Of a stretch of 48,402 bases of DNA, positions 38,681 to 47,429 are shown piece after piece. Every line of letters starts with the position of its first letter. The first letter of the stretch is position 1. A model generated the notes under the pieces. The model was not told where the DNA came from and did not search any database. It saw only the letters and a list, made by a program, of their open reading frames with translations. The translations under genes and the position numbers were made by a program. The stretch comes from Methanoculleus sp. (lineage in GTDB: Archaea; Halobacteriota; Methanomicrobia; Methanomicrobiales; Methanoculleaceae), in assembly GCA_035363235.1 (NCBI GenBank), contig DAOSER010000001.1, positions 1-48,402 of the forward strand. Reading direction: 5' to 3'.

Positions 38681-39709
38681 CTAAACCCTGTCGGTTGCCA
38701 TCATCAGCCTCTTAAAGAAGGTGAGGTATGCCCACTCGGAGACTACTCCAAGAAGATCCTTCTGCTCGATCTCGAAGTACATCGTAAGATCCGGGTTGAA
38801 CCTCGACTTGAAGAATACCAGGTCCGGGTTGTTCGCACCCATGTTCTCAAACGTTCGGTAACCTTCGGCCTGTGCACGCTCTATCAGGAGCCACTGAAGA
38901 TACTCGTTCCCGGCATGGCCGGTCTCGACCTTCGGGGTCCCCATCCAGAGCAGAAACCGCTTGTACTCGTGCGCTGCAACCACGGCCGCGACCTCGTCCT
39001 GTTCATCGTAAAGGCTATAGATCCCGATCCTGTCCGGGTAGGCCCGCACGAGGTCTTCGAGGTATTCCCGCTTGATGGGCGGGATGTCAAGCGACGGGTC
39101 CCGGTAACGATCGGCGATGAGCCGATGAAGCGTGGAGATATCCCCGCTTCTTTCCAGCCGGAGACCGGCTTTCGCCTCCTTCTTCAGTTTGTTCCGGAGC
39201 TTGTAGTGGAGGCTGTTCCAGAGGTCCTCAAGCGGCCGGTCGAGATCAAGGGTATAGGTATACCGGACCCGTGCTTCGCACCGGTCCCAGAGGTAGTGGC
39301 GTATATCGTTGAACTCCGGAACAAAGGCGATCGAGAGATAGTTCGGCGAGAGATCCCGGATCTCCTGGCGGATCTCCTCTGCAACCATCCCGAGAAGAGA
39401 CTCTTTCTTGCTCTGTTTGTGCTCGCCAAACTTCCTGCTCATCACGCACCCGAGGTGGGGTATCACGGTGAGCGGCGGAGGGGAGAAGACAGCGTTAATA
39501 CCATGTATCCGCCTGCAAAAGAGTGGGAATACACAGATCGGTTCATCTCCTTTATAAACTGCGTACGGAAGGAGCGTACTCTCCGTATGCTTTGCTGTCA
39601 GGTGCAGGTAATCCCACTTATGAAAGAGGAGTCCTGAGGGGCTGTCATCGATGAACGAATCCCAGGCATCTCTGTCGTCAACTCGTTTCATGGTCATTCC
39701 TTCCATCAC
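38681..39709 (-). CDS. FemAB-like GNAT-fold transferase, paralog 3
   Basis: WDSFIDDSPSGLLFHKWDY, YTYTLDL, GNEYLQWLLIERAQAEGY, GANNPDLVFFKSRFNP. Confidence 0.82.
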   Translation of the reverse strand: MMEGMTMKRVDDRDAWDSFIDDSPSGLLFHKWDYLHLTAKHTESTLLPYAVYKGDEPICVFPLFCRRIHGINAVFSPPPLTVIPHLGCVMSRKFGEHKQSKKESLLGMVAEEIRQEIRDLSPNYLSIAFVPEFNDIRHYLWDRCEARVRYTYTLDLDRPLEDLWNSLHYKLRNKLKKEAKAGLRLERSGDISTLHRLIADRYRDPSLDIPPIKREYLEDLVRAYPDRIGIYSLYDEQDEVAAVVAAHEYKRFLLWMGTPKVETGHAGNEYLQWLLIERAQAEGYRTFENMGANNPDLVFFKSRFNPDLTMYFEIEQKDLLGVVSEWAYLTFFKRLMMATDRV

Positions 39710-40166
39710 CCCGGCCCTGTCGTGCTATCTGCTGCTCGATGGCCTCTAATCACCGCCCGGGTCCATATACCTTTCTCAGGGTCCGCCGGATCCCGCAACG
39801 GATCGCCTGAGGGGCCCGGGGTGCCCGGGATCGCGATCCCGGGCCGGACAGGAAGCATTATATACGGAGACACGTGAGGTAGGGGCATGGTCGTACTCCG
39901 CCTCCTTGCCATGGACGATGTCTCATTTCGTTCGTGGGAGGGGAACGGATCAGGTGCGTACGGTGACATCTGGGTGATCATCTCGGAGAAAAACCTCTTC
40001 CCCGAGTTCCTGAAACACTTTTGCCGTGCATCAGGCCGGGATCTGGTCTCCATCCCGTATTCTGAAAACTTCTTCTGAAGATATGCATGCCCGGGGATAC
40101 CATATATCATGGATGCCACCTCCCCACCGGGAGCACAACGTTTAATGCAGAGTATCGATATGGGCA

Positions 40167-41579
40167 ATGGCGATGGGTGTGCGGATGAATCATCGGGGAT
40201 TAAAAACTCTCCGGGTCGAAGATTCTGTGACAGCGAGGGCACTCCGCATCCTTCCCGCATACTCCGTGTACAGAAGAACCTACACTCTCCTCAAGCGGTC
40301 CCGCCGGTGGAGCCCTGAGGAACTCGCAGCCTACCAGGCGCAGGCGCTCTCGCACCTGCTCGACCACGCCTACAGAAACGTCCCTTACTACCGCCGGGTC
40401 TTCCGGGAACGCGGCCTCGTGCCCGAGGACATCCAGACGCCCAAAGACCTCGACCTCCTTCCCTTCCTGACCCGGGAGGATCTCCAGGCCAACCTCCCTG
40501 ACCTGAAGGCCGAAAACTACCCAGACTCAGCCTTCGAGTATGTCACCACCGGCGGCTCCACCGGGATCCCGGTCGGGTTCTACTACGAGAAAGGGGTCTC
40601 CCGGGCCCGGGAATGGGCGTTCATGAAGACTCAGTGGGACCGCGTCGGCTACCGGTTCACCGATCGCTGCGCTGTCCTCCGCGGCTACATCGTCGGGTCC
40701 GCCAGAGACGGCGTCTTCTGGAAGAAGGCACTCCTCGGCCGGTGGCTGCTGATGTCTTCCCACCAGATGACCGAAGAGACACTCCCCGCCTACATCGACC
40801 GGATCCAGAGGTTCAAGCCCCGGTTCATCCAGGCATATCCCTCGATAGCCGTGATCCTGGCACGGTATATGCGGGAGCACGGCGTCGAGCCGTTCCCCAC
40901 CGTCAAAGCTGTCCTCTGCGGGTCCGAGAACCTCTACCCCTGGCAGAGGAATCTACTCGAGGAGGCGTTCGGGTGCCGCGTCTTTTCCTGGTACGGGAAC
41001 TCCGAGCAGACGGTGCTTGCCGGCGAGTGCGAGGAGAGCACCCGATACCACATCTTCCCCGAATACGGAATCGTCGAGCTGATCGGCCGAGACGGCCGGC
41101 CCGTCGAGGAGCCGGGCGCGATGGGCGAGGTGGTCACGACGAGCCTCGTAAACCCTATCTGTCCCCTTATCCGCTACCGGACCATGGACGTCGCGGTCCT
41201 CGGGGAGACCCCATGCACCTGCGGCCGTGCCTATTCGGTGCTTGAGAGGGTGGAGGGGCGACTTCAGGAGTTTATTGTGACGAAGGATCACCGGTTCATA
41301 TCGATGACGGCGGTGAATATGCACTCCGATGTCTTTGACAACGTTGCACAGTTCCAGTTTTACCAGAGGAGGGAAGGAGAAGTCCTGATGAAGCTCGTGA
41401 GAAAACCGGGGTATACCGACCGCGATACGGAACGCATCCTCCGGGAACTCGACAAAAAATTTGAAGGCGGAGTGGATGTAACCATCCGCTTCGTCGAGAC
41501 AATTCCCCGCACCCGGCGCGGCAAATACCAGTTCCTGATACAGGACCTGCCGCTGGGCCAGTGGGGCATTTCGGTGTGA
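40167..41579 (+). CDS. CapK-type adenylate-forming enzyme, paralog 3
   Basis: Same motifs as paralogs 1 and 2; start 40167 or 40185. Confidence 0.88.
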   Translation: MAMGVRMNHRGLKTLRVEDSVTARALRILPAYSVYRRTYTLLKRSRRWSPEELAAYQAQALSHLLDHAYRNVPYYRRVFRERGLVPEDIQTPKDLDLLPFLTREDLQANLPDLKAENYPDSAFEYVTTGGSTGIPVGFYYEKGVSRAREWAFMKTQWDRVGYRFTDRCAVLRGYIVGSARDGVFWKKALLGRWLLMSSHQMTEETLPAYIDRIQRFKPRFIQAYPSIAVILARYMREHGVEPFPTVKAVLCGSENLYPWQRNLLEEAFGCRVFSWYGNSEQTVLAGECEESTRYHIFPEYGIVELIGRDGRPVEEPGAMGEVVTTSLVNPICPLIRYRTMDVAVLGETPCTCGRAYSVLERVEGRLQEFIVTKDHRFISMTAVNMHSDVFDNVAQFQFYQRREGEVLMKLVRKPGYTDRDTERILRELDKKFEGGVDVTIRFVETIPRTRRGKYQFLIQDLPLGQWGISV

Positions 41580-41584
41580 GAAGC

Positions 41585-42694
41585 ATGCAAAAACTCAGGT
41601 TAATGGCAGTAGGAGATACATGGGCCCGGACTGTGAACAACGGCTACCCGTTCGGAGAGGTCCGCCATCTCCTCCAGGATAAGGACATCCTCTTCGGGAA
41701 CCTCGAGACCACCCTCTCGGACACCGGAGATCCGGCAGAGAAGCACCACGTGATCTTCACATGCCCGGATGCGGCCCGACACCTGGCGGAAGCCGGGTTC
41801 GACGTCATGAGCGTTGCAAACAACCATTCCGGCGACCTTGGCACCGATGGCTTCAAAAACACCCTGAAGGCACTCGACAGACGAGGCATCGTCGCCATCG
41901 GCGGATCGGCGACCGCAGACCGGCAGGAGCCGGTTATCCTCGAGAAGAACGGCATCTCGATCGGGTTTGCGGGCTATACGATCGGGAAACTCGCCATATC
42001 GCGCGAGATCTCGGTCAACCGGCTGATCGAAGAGGATGTCTTCAGGGATATCGCGTCACTTAAGGGCCGGTGCGACCATATCGCCATCTCGCTGCACTGG
42101 GGAACGGAGATGGCCTACTACCCGTCCCCTGAGCAGATCGACCTCGCTCACCGGCTCATCGATGCAGGGGCTACCCTGATCCTCGGCCACCACCCCCATA
42201 CCATGCAGGCGGTCGAACGCTACCATGGAGGGCTGATCGCCTACTCGCTTGGCATGTTCCAGTTCGAGCCTCAGTGGCCCCACAACATCTCACGGGAGGC
42301 GATTATGCTCTCGGTCGACCTGCAAAAGAACGGCGTCGTCGGGGAGTACAAGGCGATACCGCTCATCATCGATGACGATTTCACCCCCCGTCCCGCAGAG
42401 GGGCCCCTGGATATGGAGATCCTGGACTTCCTCGATGAGATCTCGCGGACGGTCGCCGAAGGCAGGCTCACCAGAGCCCGGTGGTTCGAGGAGATCGCGC
42501 CGGTTTACATGAAGATGAATCTCGAGAGCTACCGTTACCGGATACGCCGCAAAGGCCTCTTTCCCCTCCTGGAGATGGGGGTATGGGTCTTCACGCCGTT
42601 CTGCCTGAAATGTTACGTCGGCCTGATCCGCCGGTTGTTTCGCCCGGCCCCGACACGGGAGAGGCGCGCCCCCGGACAGAACGCCGGAAACTGA
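41585..42694 (+). CDS. CapA/PgsA family (PGA_cap) metallophosphoesterase-fold protein
   Basis: AVGD, GNLET, VANNH..D.G, SLHWG.E, LGHHPH..Q, AYSLG. Confidence 0.9.
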   Translation: MQKLRLMAVGDTWARTVNNGYPFGEVRHLLQDKDILFGNLETTLSDTGDPAEKHHVIFTCPDAARHLAEAGFDVMSVANNHSGDLGTDGFKNTLKALDRRGIVAIGGSATADRQEPVILEKNGISIGFAGYTIGKLAISREISVNRLIEEDVFRDIASLKGRCDHIAISLHWGTEMAYYPSPEQIDLAHRLIDAGATLILGHHPHTMQAVERYHGGLIAYSLGMFQFEPQWPHNISREAIMLSVDLQKNGVVGEYKAIPLIIDDDFTPRPAEGPLDMEILDFLDEISRTVAEGRLTRARWFEEIAPVYMKMNLESYRYRIRRKGLFPLLEMGVWVFTPFCLKCYVGLIRRLFRPAPTRERRAPGQNAGN

Positions 42695-42704
42695 ACGAAA
42701 GTAA

Positions 42705-42758
42705 GTGGGGGGCAGGCAGAATTCCGGTACAACCGGACTCCGCCCCCGCCCCGTTTTT
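42705..42758 (+). terminator. GC-rich hairpin followed by a T tract after the CapA-family gene
   Basis: GGGGGGCAGGC...CCGG TACAA CCGG...GCCCCCGCCCC then TTTTT. Confidence 0.45.
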
Positions 42759-42887
42759 CTGTGCATATTTCATTCCGACGTATTTTCAGCAGTCATTCCC
42801 GCGGAAGGCCACCGGGTGCCCGGGAAAAAGATCGCAAAACTCTCATTACAATTGATGACAGATATAGATGAGAGGAGTGTAAGCAAT

Positions 42888-43769
42888 TTGTCAGCGATTC
42901 CAAAGGAGGAGTATCTCTATAAGTGCACGTCCGCCTGTGCGGGGTGCAGCTCTTCCCTGTGTCTGCGTTACGTGCTCAAAGCTGCCGGACCCGACTCTGT
43001 CCTGGTCGTACCCGCCTGCTGCACCAGCGTCATCCAGGGGATTTATCCTGGCACGGCGATGAACGTGCCCGTCTATAATGTAGCATTTGCCGCATCCGCC
43101 GCCTGCGCCTCCGGCATGAGCGAATCCTTTGCAGCGACCGGGAAAAAGACCAACGTCATCGTCTACGCAGGCGACGGCGGCACGGTCGACATCGGGATCC
43201 AGGCGCTCTCCGGCGCCTTTGAGCGCGGCACCAATTTCCTTTACATCTGCTACGACAACGAGGCATACGGCAACACCGGCATGCAGCGATCGGGCTCGAC
43301 ACCGCTCGGGGCACGCACCACCACGACCCCCGGCGGCAAACCCACGGCCAAGAAGGACCTCGACCGGATCGTCGAGGCGCACAACCCGCCCTACATGGCG
43401 ACTGCCTGCAGCGCCTACCCCCTCGATCTCTACAAGAAGGTCAAGAAGGCGCTCTCGATTGAAGGGCCCAAGTTCATCCACATCCTCGCGCCGTGCCCGC
43501 CGGGATGGCGCTACCCCACGGAAAAGACCGTCGAGATGGGGAAACTCGCCGTGAAGACCGGGACCTGGATCCTTTACGAGCGTGAGTTCGGGAAACTCGC
43601 GATCAGCGGCCCGTCGAAGGCGGCGATGAAGCGCCCCGCGCCCCTCGAAGATTACATCAAGGGCCAGGGCAGGTTCAAGAACCTGAGCCCTGAGACCCTC
43701 GATCTGATGCGCCAGCAGGTGGAGCAGAACATCCAGCGGTTCTCCCGCGAGGAGGCAGGCGTATGCTGA
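42888..43769 (+). CDS. porB: 2-oxoacid (pyruvate-type):ferredoxin oxidoreductase beta subunit
   Basis: ACAGC, ACC, GDGGTVDIG..DNEAYGNTG.Q TPP motif, PCPPGW. TTG start after GAGGAG. Substrate not determinable. Confidence 0.85.
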   Translation: MSAIPKEEYLYKCTSACAGCSSSLCLRYVLKAAGPDSVLVVPACCTSVIQGIYPGTAMNVPVYNVAFAASAACASGMSESFAATGKKTNVIVYAGDGGTVDIGIQALSGAFERGTNFLYICYDNEAYGNTGMQRSGSTPLGARTTTTPGGKPTAKKDLDRIVEAHNPPYMATACSAYPLDLYKKVKKALSIEGPKFIHILAPCPPGWRYPTEKTVEMGKLAVKTGTWILYEREFGKLAISGPSKAAMKRPAPLEDYIKGQGRFKNLSPETLDLMRQQVEQNIQRFSREEAGVC

Positions 43770-44875
43770 CGATCGCAACCGGCAACAAAGCGGTGGCGGC
43801 CGCAGTGAAGGCCGCAAAGCCGGGTGTCGTCGCCGCATATCCGATCACCCCCCAGACCGAGATCGTCGAGCAGATCGCCGACTATGTCACCTCCGGCGAC
43901 CTTGCAAGCCGCTACATCCCGGTGGAGAGCGAGCACTCGGCCATGGCGGCCTGCATCGGAGCGAGCGTCGGGGGAGTCCGGACGTTCACGGCGACGAGTT
44001 CGCACGGCCTCCTCTACATGCACGAGATGGTCCACTGGGCTGCGGGCGCGCGCCTGCCGATTGTGATGGCGAACGTCAACCGCGCTCTCGGGCCCGGGTG
44101 GAACACCTGGGCAGAGCATACCGACGCCTTCTCCCAGCGCGACACGGGCTGGCTGCAGGTCTTTGTGGGCACGGTCCAGGAAGCCTACGACGCCACCCTG
44201 ATGGCGTTTCGGATCGCCGAGGACGAGAGGGTTCTCCTCCCGGTGATGGTCAACCTGGACGGGTTCGCATTGAGCCACATCACACAGGCGCTCGAGACCG
44301 TCGAGATCGGTGACTTCCTGCCTCCCTTCCGCCTCCCGCACGCCATCGACACAGAGAATCCGCGTGGCTACGGCCCCATGACCGGGCCGGCCGACTACTT
44401 CCGGTTCCGCTGGGATATCGAGCGCTCGATGCGCGACGCCCGCGATGTGATCGCGGAGGTCGAGCGCGAGTTCGCCGGGCGGTTCGGCCGCGCCTACGGC
44501 CCAACCGAGGATTACCGGTGCGAGGATGCCGAGGTCATCGTCGTCGCCATGGGATCGCTCGGGAAAGAGGCCGAGGTGGCGATCGACCATCTCCGCGATG
44601 AGGGGGTTAAGGCAGGTTCCATGCGCCTGCGCTGGTTCCGCCCCTTCCCGGACCTCGACCTTGCCGGCCGGGAGGTCGTGGTGATCGACCGCGACTACTC
44701 CTTCGGCTTTGGGGGCGTGGTGGCGCACTCGATCCGGTCGAAGACCGGCATCGAACCTTACAGCGTGATCGCCGGCCTTGGCGGCCAGGAGGTCACCTAC
44801 AACGATATCGCGGATTTTGTCCGAAACCGGCATCCCGGCGAGGAGATGTGGTTCGGGGTGAGCGACCATGTATGA
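43763..44875 (+). CDS. porA: 2-oxoacid:ferredoxin oxidoreductase alpha subunit
   Basis: AYPITPQT, ESEHSA, TATSSHGL, NRALG, GLGG. Confidence 0.87.
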   Translation: MLTIATGNKAVAAAVKAAKPGVVAAYPITPQTEIVEQIADYVTSGDLASRYIPVESEHSAMAACIGASVGGVRTFTATSSHGLLYMHEMVHWAAGARLPIVMANVNRALGPGWNTWAEHTDAFSQRDTGWLQVFVGTVQEAYDATLMAFRIAEDERVLLPVMVNLDGFALSHITQALETVEIGDFLPPFRLPHAIDTENPRGYGPMTGPADYFRFRWDIERSMRDARDVIAEVEREFAGRFGRAYGPTEDYRCEDAEVIVVAMGSLGKEAEVAIDHLRDEGVKAGSMRLRWFRPFPDLDLAGREVVVIDRDYSFGFGGVVAHSIRSKTGIEPYSVIAGLGGQEVTYNDIADFVRNRHPGEEMWFGVSDHV

Positions 44876-45395
44876 GATCAGGATTCATTCCCGGGGCGGG
44901 CAGGGCGGCGTCACGGCCGCGAAACTTCTCGCCCTCGCAGCGTTCAGAGACGGGAAATATGCAACGGCATGCCCCTTCTACGGGGCGGAGCGGCGCGGGG
45001 CGCCGGTCGTCTCGTTCGTCCGGATCGATGACGAACCGATCAAGGTCTACAGCCAGATCCACGAGCCGGACCTCGTGATCGTACTCGATACGAGTATTAT
45101 GGATGTTGTCGACGTCCTGGACGGCCTCAAGGCCGACGGGGCGGTTCTCCTGAACAGCGCCCACCCTGTTGCCGGGTGCAACGGGACCTGCCGTCACGTC
45201 GACCTGACCGGGATCGCGCTCGCCGAGAACCTGGTGGTCGCGGGAAGTCCCATCCTGAACACCCCGGTGCTCGGGGCGCTCGCGAAGATGGGCATCGTCA
45301 CCCTCCCCTCGGCGGAGCAGGCGATCCGGGAGATGTTTAGCGACGAGCGGAACGTGAAGGCTGCCAAGGCGGCATACGAGGAGCTGAAGATATGA
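44868..45395 (+). CDS. porG: 2-oxoacid:ferredoxin oxidoreductase gamma subunit
   Basis: EIRIHSRGGQGGVTA, YGAERRGAPV, NTPVLGA. Confidence 0.87.
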   Translation: MYEIRIHSRGGQGGVTAAKLLALAAFRDGKYATACPFYGAERRGAPVVSFVRIDDEPIKVYSQIHEPDLVIVLDTSIMDVVDVLDGLKADGAVLLNSAHPVAGCNGTCRHVDLTGIALAENLVVAGSPILNTPVLGALAKMGIVTLPSAEQAIREMFSDERNVKAAKAAYEELKI

Positions 45396-45637
45396 GAGAG
45401 AGACTTGCGCTCAGCAGGCCGAAAGAGGCCGCGTCGGGGAAGACAGGTACCTGGCGGACGTTCCGGCCCGTGGTGGACAAGGAGACGTGCAACGCCTGCG
45501 GGCTCTGCGCCCAGTACTGCCCGGATGGGGTCATCGACGAAGAACTCAACATCGACCTCGATTATTGCAAGGGGTGCGGCATCTGCGCGAACGAGTGCCC
45601 GAAAGGCGCGATCACTATGGTGCGGGAGGAGCGCTGA
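45392..45637 (+). CDS. porD: 2-oxoacid:ferredoxin oxidoreductase delta subunit (2x[4Fe-4S])
   Basis: TGTWRTFRP, CNACGLCAQYCP, YCKGCGICANECP. Confidence 0.9.
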   Translation: MRERLALSRPKEAASGKTGTWRTFRPVVDKETCNACGLCAQYCPDGVIDEELNIDLDYCKGCGICANECPKGAITMVREER

Positions 45638-45875
45638 CCTCTTCGGCTTCGCCGATGGGGCGCTTTCCCATATACTCCAGATTGAACCGGTAGAAATGCG
45701 TGTAGCCGCAGTTGCGGCACCGGGTCGTGAAATGGTTGGACCCGATCGCGAGGTCGTGCGGGCCCGTGACCCCACAATTTTTGCATCGCCCGTCGGCCTC
45801 GAGCGTCCAGAGATCGTAGCGCCCGATCGGCGTGCAGGTTCCGACCACCCCGGCGTTCTCGAACCGCGGGGTCAA
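45615..45875 (-). CDS. Small Zn-ribbon protein (CKNC...CRNC); body of a gene interrupted by the IS at codon 6
   Basis: Two CxxC motifs. The native start ATG AGC GAG CGG TTC AT lies at 47446-47430, on the far side of the IS, and joins in frame. Confidence 0.7.
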   Translation of the reverse strand: MTPRFENAGVVGTCTPIGRYDLWTLEADGRCKNCGVTGPHDLAIGSNHFTTRCRNCGYTHFYRFNLEYMGKRPIGEAEEVSAPPAP

Positions 45876-46050
45876 CTACCCCCCGCTAACGCAGGGGGCT
45901 TGCTGCCGGGATCCCTTGCGGGGTACAGGGCTGCAATTTAATAGGTGCGAAGGTTGACCGTTCAAAAGCCGTCCTTATTCGCACGGGCCGGTTGACGCGG
46001 CCCCTACCGATTATCCGTGGAATCACGGAATCACCGGCTACCTTTCTCAG
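45851..46050 (-). ncRNA. Predicted omega/reRNA overlapping the tnpB 3' end, with guide from the right flank (5' boundary approximate)
   Basis: Inferred from established TnpB biology. The scaffold ends at the right end (45871); the guide would read CCCGCGGUUCGAGAACGCCG. Confidence 0.55.
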
Positions 46051-47429
46051 GTGGTTCAGAGCGCCGTTGACATCGGCGTTGATCAGGGTGCCCAGAGCAC
46101 TCCGGTATAATCCGCGCTTGATTCTGCGGGTCTTCCCGTAGGGGGGTTTGCGGATCGGGTCCAGGTTCAGGGCATCGACCTGCGAGGTGTAGGCTTCTGA
46201 GTGGGTGTCATCAAATCGGATCCCATACAGTTCGCACTTGCTCTTCAGTTTCTGCCGGAACTTGAAGTAGGGTACCTGCACGAAGTTCTGGTTCCCCCGC
46301 TTGCCGTGGTTGATCTTATCCTTGATCCCGTCCCAGCGAGGGAGAATAATCGTCCCGATCCGGTGCTGGATGGCATAGTTCGCGATCCAGGCCACGTATC
46401 GGTTCATCGCTTCGGTGATCCGGCAGTCCCGCTTCTTCAGCAACCGGGCCTGCCGCTTCGTGATGCCCTCAATCTTCTGCTTATCCTTGATGCTCTGCAA
46501 CCGTGCGTTCTCTTTGTTGTACCACCGGTTAATTGACTTGATACGCTTACCGTCGAGAATGACGGCAGCCCCGGTGGCGGTGTCAACCAGCGTCGCAAAG
46601 TTGTTGAGCCCGAGGTCGATCGCAAGGAACTGAGTGGGGTCGAGGTTCTTCGGCTTCGCGGGAACTCTGTAACAGAACTCGATCTTGTACGCCTTCCCGC
46701 CGTTGACCGGCAGGATCGTGACCTCCCGGATCTGGTGCGGCTTGATGCACGGCGGGATCGGGAACGTGAGCTCCTTCCCCGTCAGACCGTGTAACTTCCT
46801 GAATTTGTATGACATGCCGAGCGTCACGGACCCATTGCGGATCGTCAGGTGCGCCCGGGGGAATGCCAGCTTGAACCGGCCGTCTTTAGGGAGGTAGTGG
46901 GGGGGATGAGGGCAGTTTTCAAGTTTCCCCTTGCGATACTGTTTTAGCAGCTCAAAATACCCTTTGTAGGCTTCTTCAACAGATCTGAGCGTCTGCTGAG
47001 CGGGGTCGTTGTGCAGGAGGCTAAAGTTCTCGTTCGGCTTGGATTGAGTGTAGTTGCTGTATTCTTTGAAGGGGAAATCCTTCTTCCGGGTAAATGGGAG
47101 GTAGGATCCGACCAAAATATCTACCTTGGAGGTGTGATCCAGCCGGATCCCCTGAAGGATCTGACAGTTCTCCTGGTGTGTGGCGTAGTGCTGCCGAACG
47201 TTGTACAGTCCAACATTATACAAACTCTTGGCATGGTACGCGAGCGTGTCGATGATCCAGAAGGTCTTCTGGGGAAGACGGAGATAGTTGCTGACAACCC
47301 GCAGTGCCATTATCTCTTATTGTTGGGGCTCATCTGTCATGAAGAATAGCCGCGGGGCGAAAGTGTACGGGGCTTGCTGCGGGCAATTCCTCCCCCAGCG
47401 TGCGCAGGGGGTCTCCTTGCCCGTTCGAG
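45871..47429 (-). mobile_element. IS200/IS605-family, IS1341-type (TnpB only, no TnpA) element, 1559 bp
   Basis: On the minus strand, left end TTCAT|CTCGAACGGGCAAG-GAGA-CCCCCTGCGCACGCTGGGGG and right end CAAG-CCCCCTGCGTTAGCGGGGGG-TAGTTGAC|. Both hairpins start CCCCCTGCG. No target duplication. Removing the element restores an ORF. Confidence 0.9.
45886..47310 (-). CDS. tnpB: RNA-guided endonuclease TnpB
   Basis: SLYN, AQQTL, PPHYL, RuvC-I AIDLGLNN, NQNFVQVPY, SEAYTSQ, RIKRGLY, RuvC-III INADVNGALN. Confidence 0.93.
   Translation of the reverse strand: MALRVVSNYLRLPQKTFWIIDTLAYHAKSLYNVGLYNVRQHYATHQENCQILQGIRLDHTSKVDILVGSYLPFTRKKDFPFKEYSNYTQSKPNENFSLLHNDPAQQTLRSVEEAYKGYFELLKQYRKGKLENCPHPPHYLPKDGRFKLAFPRAHLTIRNGSVTLGMSYKFRKLHGLTGKELTFPIPPCIKPHQIREVTILPVNGGKAYKIEFCYRVPAKPKNLDPTQFLAIDLGLNNFATLVDTATGAAVILDGKRIKSINRWYNKENARLQSIKDKQKIEGITKRQARLLKKRDCRITEAMNRYVAWIANYAIQHRIGTIILPRWDGIKDKINHGKRGNQNFVQVPYFKFRQKLKSKCELYGIRFDDTHSEAYTSQVDALNLDPIRKPPYGKTRRIKRGLYRSALGTLINADVNGALNHLRKVAGDSVIPRIIGRGRVNRPVRIRTAFERSTFAPIKLQPCTPQGIPAASPLR

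Noticed and set aside
39706-40260. ORFs in the GNAT3-ligase3 and radical SAM-ligase1 intergenic gaps
   Set aside because: No recognisable motifs and atypical composition; the regions contain TATA-like boxes and look like divergent promoters.
33366-41579. DGR template/variable repeats or CRISPR as explanation for the long repeats
   Set aside because: Repeats are within paralogous CDSs, differences are not adenine-specific, there is no reverse transcriptase and no spacer-repeat periodicity.
41585-42694. Poly-gamma-glutamate capsule operon
   Set aside because: No CapB/CapC synthetase genes in the window; CapA-family proteins often occur alone.
315-45941. Numerous long antisense or alternate-frame ORFs (e.g., 5916..6935, 20089..21072, 33741..34805, 43652..44869)
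   Set aside because: They overlap well-supported genes and are the expected stop-poor shadows of high-GC coding DNA.
47311-47429. IStron (group I intron) or tnpA remnant at the IS left end
   Set aside because: Only ~120 nt between the left end and the tnpB ATG; too short for either, and no HUH motif.
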